Below are positions 55,801 through 60,492 of a stretch of DNA of 60,492 nucleotides, piece by piece. How positions within the stretch are numbered: position 1 is the stretch's first letter; each line of letters opens with the position of its first letter. The stretch comes from Trichomonas gallinae (taxonomy: Eukaryota): contig MRSU01007220.1 of NCBI GenBank assembly GCA_008369845.1, positions 1 to 60,492 on the forward strand. Direction: 5' to 3'. The notes below the pieces were generated by a model. The model made no database searches and was not told the origin of the DNA. It worked only from the letters and a program-made list of their open reading frames with translations. The translations under genes were made by a program, and so were the position numbers.

Positions 55801-57361
55801 CAGAACCGGCCACGACACAACCATCGTGCGACATTCTTTCTGTGATGCATTGAGCCATGTCTACGTCTGTCCATGTAATAAATGGCTGAGTAAGATTGAT
55901 TGTCTTGTATTTCTCGGCAATTGCTGAATGATATTGATCGAGCCAGTTTTGTTTGTCGTTTAAGTCTGTAAAATCAACCTGGTAGGATTCACCCTCCCAG
56001 ACGATGTAAATTGAGTAAATTGTTGGTTTTCCGTTAGCAAATTGGAAATTGAGAATATCGCAATTTATAATTGGCGTTAATTGTTTCTTTTTCTGGTAGC
56101 ATAATAAAACAATATCGTTGAATAATAAAAGTTGTCCAGGGCCGGATTTTTTCGAAACAATTCGAATGTCGACTTCTTCGATGAGCTCACGGCCATGTTC
56201 GATAATTAAGTATTTTGGTGGCATTGCATTCTGTATTTCTTCCATTTTTTGTAAAGATAAAACTCGGTGAGATATAGAATCAACGTGTTTGTTAACAGCA
56301 ATTAATTGCTGTGCTGTATATGCGATAAATTCTTTTTCTGGATGAAAACTTGGCGTAAATTTGTCGAGTTCGCGAAAAAGTAACGGATATCTTGGATACC
56401 TTTGTACTGGAGTAATATAAAATGACGAAAACGTACGTCCAAAATTATCCGGACATTTATCTTCGATTTCTTTAAACTGTTTTTCAATAGTTTTGTTTGC
56501 TCTTTTCGCTTTGACCATATCGTCAAGCGCTTTATATGCTGAAACAAAGACCATGGCCTTTGTGAAGTTCTGTAGATGCTTTAAGAATATATAAGAAAGC
56601 TCGCACGCGAATCCAATCTGAACTGTTTTTAATTCCGTAAGAAAGCTATCGTGTACTTGTAAAATTCCTTTGATTTCTCGAAAGAGTTTGTGGATCTCTG
56701 TCTCGTCGAATATTTTAGTTTTCCTAAACGCTGGTTGCCAGTATTCATCCAACATTTTTAAACTGTTAACATATGATTCTTCGGTTGCGACAATTTCGTG
56801 TGCTATGTGCTCGCGACCTAAAATCTTTTTTCTGCCTTGCTCACTGATCGTTAAAGAAATTTGAAGACGGCATGTTTTTGTTTTAGCGATAACTGGCGCT
56901 GCTGGGTCTTGTAATGACAGAACTTGTCCATCCATTGAAATTTTTTCATCGTAGAAATCGTAACCAAAACGCGCTTTGAAAGCAAGAAGAATATCTTCTA
57001 CTGTCAGTTTAGAAATTTCGCTAGTGGAAACAGGAACCGCTATGGGATCCATAGGGGCCTTAAGTTGTGTCTGAACTTCGACGTAGAACCAATATTGACC
57101 ATTTTGGGAAATTGGAATTGCTTTTAAGTAATATTTTGGTGGCTTATACGTATCGACTTGTTCCTGTATTTGCAATTCTGGATGTAAAATTAAGGGAAAG
57201 CTGTCCGTATTAAGACATTCAATATAATATGGACAAACGTAAGTAATTATAGACTCACTTATCCTTAAGTCGTTCATAATTTGGGCGGCAGTTTTCTCTT
57301 CATAAGTTGCAAATGGGAAAACATCTAGAGGCCGCAACCCATTTGCAATACACAGAGACAT
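52895..57361 (-). CDS. RhoGEF (DH)-PH-Kelch repeat protein with a long low-complexity region
   Basis: DH motifs EIVATEESYV and ITPVQRYPRYPLL; PH motif LLLFNDIVL; about six Kelch repeats (RYGHT, GG); Q/S/Y/N/P-rich linker; folded C-terminal domain. Confidence 0.92.
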   Translation of the reverse strand: MSLCIANGLRPLDVFPFATYEEKTAAQIMNDLRISESIITYVCPYYIECLNTDSFPLILHPELQIQEQVDTYKPPKYYLKAIPISQNGQYWFYVEVQTQLKAPMDPIAVPVSTSEISKLTVEDILLAFKARFGYDFYDEKISMDGQVLSLQDPAAPVIAKTKTCRLQISLTISEQGRKKILGREHIAHEIVATEESYVNSLKMLDEYWQPAFRKTKIFDETEIHKLFREIKGILQVHDSFLTELKTVQIGFACELSYIFLKHLQNFTKAMVFVSAYKALDDMVKAKRANKTIEKQFKEIEDKCPDNFGRTFSSFYITPVQRYPRYPLLFRELDKFTPSFHPEKEFIAYTAQQLIAVNKHVDSISHRVLSLQKMEEIQNAMPPKYLIIEHGRELIEEVDIRIVSKKSGPGQLLLFNDIVLLCYQKKKQLTPIINCDILNFQFANGKPTIYSIYIVWEGESYQVDFTDLNDKQNWLDQYHSAIAEKYKTINLTQPFITWTDVDMAQCITERMSHDGCVVAGSAFFFGGSNASFISTSSLFWYVISEQTWASEETPVPAREAHTITPLRGNLYVAFGYSKKTGRVFHDIWCYNIASKTWSKIKPVNEKPLARYGHTCVAYDKKLYFYGGKICKRKGASDAYCTDLISVYDPETNEYHELAHPAVFPHPRYGHTATLLGRKHARMVIVGGKSADEFYGDCWLWDFKQAKWSIRVKAAVDYRFDHKACLIGRWLFIKGGLRDPTGTENVIIDTKQWTIVDDVEHLGNVPPNLCRHTLLCIDSHKALVFGGTDRTEHREYSTAWIADFGGDSHNFKIDNSKAIDRYWHNTSIDWFTNAAASEEKEIKLPSEGSQTFFLKEDTGLPMFINQETAKKNQKAYDGDDLKESVNYEEVRAKRRKRDDDDYESGHSKKLSAPRVLESMMESRRSKEYPNTPVFQPQSIPPKQTTITTTTPPPSQSSSKPVLKAVKSYAQFNFNDTNASIFQTSQPTLQQSPLHQQAPQHLTPPRQTVQQQQTLQQQYSLYQTQPYAQGYATNRFSYQATAPPSPSHIISYQSAPQAPAPRQNGGSDLPHFPFSSTNGAAQQIIETNNQQQQQAQQQQQQNYASTNPYSSNHFASNYASNHSSNYSSNYSGNYSTIGQYSTQNATYQYSQYSNYSTQYQAYQTTSSYAHNNAAPPSNSYVSLPYVTSHIPQQPIQPPYLQSSHLTPPYFPNQGSSSSSSLGSSPVNDSAFPTPNPADYATGSLYQTSMQPTIRTLPRQEPPAVRNMKQPGFQRHSVSVLETEAIQAMQVQNASKLANAGNRPMAPETNYGYQMDPRMGMQYKDNKQQSYMMQTSSAHHPERFIPPSASFSMSELCEILNINVNMLSPLEENAIKKHCIELWDIAYQNVLYEQRIIKMMAMITGSGVPSGISMRMKIFEYNSRSARVAKITSDITCPELIQKVRDYLKHEVRVIAIETARGVQQNLDERSLLCALNYVYFKDNGCLIVNVM

Positions 57362-57558
57362 TTTGAAAAATTAATTAATTTTTGGATATCTTTAATCATA
57401 TATTATTATAATCAAAATTCATTTTTTGAAGAAACTTTTTGAAAAAAACAAAAATCTTGAAAAATCTTCTAAAACATTTGGCTGAGTTAATAGATGAAAA
57501 GCAAAAAAATAATGACTTTTCTATTGTTTACAAATTTACGATAAAGAGACTTTGATTT

Positions 57559-57820
57559 TTTTTGCGAATTTTGAACTAATTTTGCGATAATTAGAATTAT
57601 TAATACATGTGAATTACGAATATATCATCTAAAGGTCAAAATAATTTTCTAACAATCCTAATCGATGATATATAATTTTTATGGTATCAATATTCAAAAT
57701 ATGCAGAAAGAAATGATACAGTGATAATTTTTTGCAAATTTTGATCTATTTTTTTGATATTTGGAATTATTAATACACATAATATACGAATATATGAACA
57801 AAAAATGAAAGTAATTTTTC
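57559..57820. repeat. Degenerate intergenic duplication, period ~170 bp
   Basis: TTTTTGC(G/A)AATTTTGA...GAATTATTAATACA...TACGAATATAT at ~57559-57625 and ~57729-57795. Confidence 0.65.
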
Positions 57821-58155
57821 AAAAAAAGATTTTTTTTCCGGTTTAAAAGTCAAGATAATTTTCCATTTTAATTACGTAACAACGAGGAAATCAACGATTG
57901 ACTTTCGTTTGTTGAAAACTCTGAAATTTTTGCAATTTTGCCAAAATCAAAAAAAGAGCGTAGTTTATTTGTGAATGCGCTGTAAAACTCTTATTCAGGA
58001 ATAACTCAAGATGAATTAAACAAAAAGGAAAAAGCTTATGGAGAATCGATAGCAATAGAAAAAGAATATAATATATTACATGTTATTTTAATAATAAACA
58101 TCTCCGATAGCTGATTATGGCAAACTAACCATGTTTATCACAATGGATCTACTTT

Positions 58156-59367
58156 TTATTTTAACTCTTGATAGACTTGGATGAAACCGAAGATCTCGAA
58201 GCTATTGACAAACAATCGGGGGTTCTCAGGGTTGTTAGATTCGAGTTGTGTAAACCTTATTATAGAATAAGGTAACGATACAGATTTAATTTCGAAATGC
58301 ACTGGTTTATTAGGAATCATTAACTCTGTGTTGTTGTAAACTGTGTCTATGATTGCGAACTCGTTACCGTTCGTGTTTGTGCAGCCTTCTAATTTCCAAC
58401 TGCGTGGACAATAGCCAAATTTGCTGCTTGAAACAGATTTAATAACATATGATGTTATTTTGACCTTAGATAGACTAAATTTAAATTCGAAATATGGATT
58501 TTCGCCAGAATGAGAAATAAAAATTTTTGAATCATCGCGTGGATTAACGACATTATCGACTTTATATGTCGCATCGAATGGATCACTAGATCCTACTATA
58601 TAAAGACTAGGACTAACTCCTTTTGAACATAATATTCCTTCAAAGTAATTAGGATATATAAATGGATATGCTTTTGATGATTTATATTGATTTATTCTAG
58701 AATATTCTAGTGTTTTTATTACTTGATCACGATGTAATTCAAGGTTTGTAACAGTTTCTGAAAAAAATTGTGTTAATATTATGCTATTATCAGGAATTTG
58801 GAGAAGAGATTCGTATTTTTCTGGATCATAGTCGACAAGTGATCGTATAAATTTAAATTTGGATGAATTTTCTATATTAAGTTGTTTCGAATTTAATATT
58901 TCTTGAATTAAACCACAAGGTAGTTGTTTAAACATTATATGATTGTATATATTGAACATATTGTAAGCAATTGCGTTGATAATTTTTTCATGAGGTAAAT
59001 TTGCATGAAAAAGCTGCATAGCCCATTGTAAATTGTTCTCAATTGTATTAAATTCTTGACACACTTTATTTGCTGCATTTGAAATCGGAATTATTTCAAG
59101 ATAATCTCCGAGAAATTTTAAAAATTGACAATTATACGCATTAATTGGAATTTTTTCACCGTAAAGTATTGATATGAATTCATTGAAGTCACCCTCAATT
59201 GGAGGAATTTCAAATGTAAAAGTTGGCTTATCAGATAAATATAATTTGCGAATAACTGGAGAAATATGACAAATTAACAGAGAATTAATCCTATAATGCT
59301 CTCCACGATGTATAAACTCGAAATCATGAAATGTAGAGCATTGTTTCAATCTCCACATTTCACTCAT
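58156..59367 (-). CDS. BTB/BACK plus F5/8 type C (discoidin-like) protein
   Basis: HDFEF...ISPVIRKL, FLGDYLEI, EILNSKQLNIE, C-terminal SYVIKS...PRSWKLEG...IRFTQ...FEIFG. First ATG at 59367. Confidence 0.85.
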   Translation of the reverse strand: MSEMWRLKQCSTFHDFEFIHRGEHYRINSLLICHISPVIRKLYLSDKPTFTFEIPPIEGDFNEFISILYGEKIPINAYNCQFLKFLGDYLEIIPISNAANKVCQEFNTIENNLQWAMQLFHANLPHEKIINAIAYNMFNIYNHIMFKQLPCGLIQEILNSKQLNIENSSKFKFIRSLVDYDPEKYESLLQIPDNSIILTQFFSETVTNLELHRDQVIKTLEYSRINQYKSSKAYPFIYPNYFEGILCSKGVSPSLYIVGSSDPFDATYKVDNVVNPRDDSKIFISHSGENPYFEFKFSLSKVKITSYVIKSVSSSKFGYCPRSWKLEGCTNTNGNEFAIIDTVYNNTELMIPNKPVHFEIKSVSLPYSIIRFTQLESNNPENPRLFVNSFEIFGFIQVYQELK

Positions 59368-59544
59368 TCTAGTTTCTGCCAAATGTCAAAAATAAAGTGT
59401 CAAAATATCAAAAATATTTCTAATTTATATTTCGCTTTGTAAACAAGGCCATTCATATAAAAAGAGACATCTGTTAATTTACACATCTAAAAAGCTTACT
59501 TATCTAAAATGATTTTTTTAAATAAACAAAATATATAAATATAT

Positions 59545-60090
59545 TTATGCAGTTCTGTTTTTCTTGGCTTGTTTTGCCATATCGTAGTGTACTTCAGCCT
59601 GCATTGCTGCGTACATCGATTTCCAAAAACCAATAAACGCGCCTTTCTTGCGTTCATCATATCTTACGAATGTTGCTATTACAAGTAATGGATTTAACCA
59701 GACAAAAACAACAAATGTTGTTACGATAAATTTGACTGGATAATGATCTGTAAAATAGAAGTACATCCATGCAAAATGACTTAATGCTGTAGCTGCTAGT
59801 GCATAAACGTAATCTCTTCTTTCGCGTAAAAGCTTCGGGAAGTTATTAAAGCAAACAAAAGTCCAAAAAAGCGAAGCTGCTGTTGTCAATGTGGAGATCC
59901 AAATTGGATATTCTATAAAATTCGTGAGAGTACATATTGTAACGAAAATATTGATGGTTCTGATAATATTTGGAACAATATTTAAGTGATTTTCGGTAAA
60001 TGACGAAACCCAATAGAAGAAACAGAAAATTAGGAACAAAACGAAAGTAAAATTCATCATACTTTCGAGCGCAACTGGTATGAGAATCAT
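59545..60090 (-). CDS. Svp26/TEX261-like ER-Golgi cargo adaptor
   Basis: 181-aa polytopic membrane protein. YWVSSFTENH, NNFP, LSHFAW and FVVFVWLNP parallel TEX261 YYLAELIEEY, TFP, NHYLA and FCLWIIP. Confidence 0.7.
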   Translation of the reverse strand: MILIPVALESMMNFTFVLFLIFCFFYWVSSFTENHLNIVPNIIRTINIFVTICTLTNFIEYPIWISTLTTAASLFWTFVCFNNFPKLLRERRDYVYALAATALSHFAWMYFYFTDHYPVKFIVTTFVVFVWLNPLLVIATFVRYDERKKGAFIGFWKSMYAAMQAEVHYDMAKQAKKNRTA

Positions 60091-60270
60091 TCAGATCCGA
60101 AAAAAATAAAAATATGCTGACTTTACATGTCAGATTAAATATCAAATATATATATAGTAATCAAGTTTTATTTCCTGCATTCAACTAAACAAATAGGATT
60201 ATGATATAATATAACAGATATTGTTTTGAACTTTAAATACATCATTTGATTATTCCTTGAGTCGATTAAA

Positions 60271-60492
60271 CTAGCTATTTGCCATAAGCAGATAAAAATT
60301 CATAAAATATGTAGATATGGAATAAAAAACTTCCATTGAATCATCCTTGATAGGAAGAGGACAATCCAACATGTCTCCAATTTTGACTCTAACATAACAT
60401 AAATATGGAGAATGGAATGATTGACTAACAGTGACACTAGATGAAATTGTGTATATTGTGTATAATGTCCCTGGATCCGTGATGTCATCATC
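60271..60492 (-). CDS. 3' end of a gene running off the window (not in the ORF track)
   Basis: Open frame DDDITDPGTLY...QSFHSPYLCYVRVKIG...FMNFYLLMANS ending in TAG at 60271-60273. FHSPYLC plus a hydrophobic tail resembles the family C-terminus. Confidence 0.55.
   Translation of the reverse strand, partial: DDDITDPGTLYTIYTISSSVTVSQSFHSPYLCYVRVKIGDMLDCPLPIKDDSMEVFYSISTYFMNFYLLMANS

Noticed and set aside
1..60492. CRISPR arrays, operons, rRNA, Maverick or retroelement coding regions, alternative genetic code
   Set aside because: No repeat-spacer arrays or transposase/integrase/polymerase motifs seen. TAA, TAG and TGA all terminate ORFs, and conserved genes translate cleanly in the standard code.

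Overview
AT-rich, gene-dense eukaryotic DNA with no evident introns. It looks like Trichomonas vaginalis or a close parabasalid relative; this is inferred from a BspA/TpLRR gene, TCAYT initiators just before ATGs, and TAA stops extended to TAAA. The window holds about 27 protein-coding loci: BspA, Pin1-like, Snf7/Vps60, DUSP-USP, Sec24, RPLP2, ankyrin, a divergent Furry/Tao3-like giant, DnaJ-thioredoxin, Nup98-like, Ada2, bromodomain, PPP phosphatase, Yip1, PH-AGC kinase, VPS9, RPS13, RhoGEF-PH-Kelch, BTB-F5/8C, Svp26/TEX261-like and several hypotheticals. It also has one tRNA-Gly(CCC) and a probable DNA-transposon end at the left edge. Four things stand out. (1) A dispersed Cys/Ser/Asn-rich protein family has two fully open ~340-codon members with intact TAAA ends but no usable ATG, plus decayed fragments; this suggests non-AUG initiation, silent cassettes or recent start loss. 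(2) Intergenic DNA contains recent 90-400 bp copies of internal pieces of neighbouring genes. (3) A TGACATGT(AAA) element recurs in upstream regions. (4) A tRNA ends only 41 bp upstream of a co-oriented protein gene. All functional calls come from motif recognition by eye; no searches were run.
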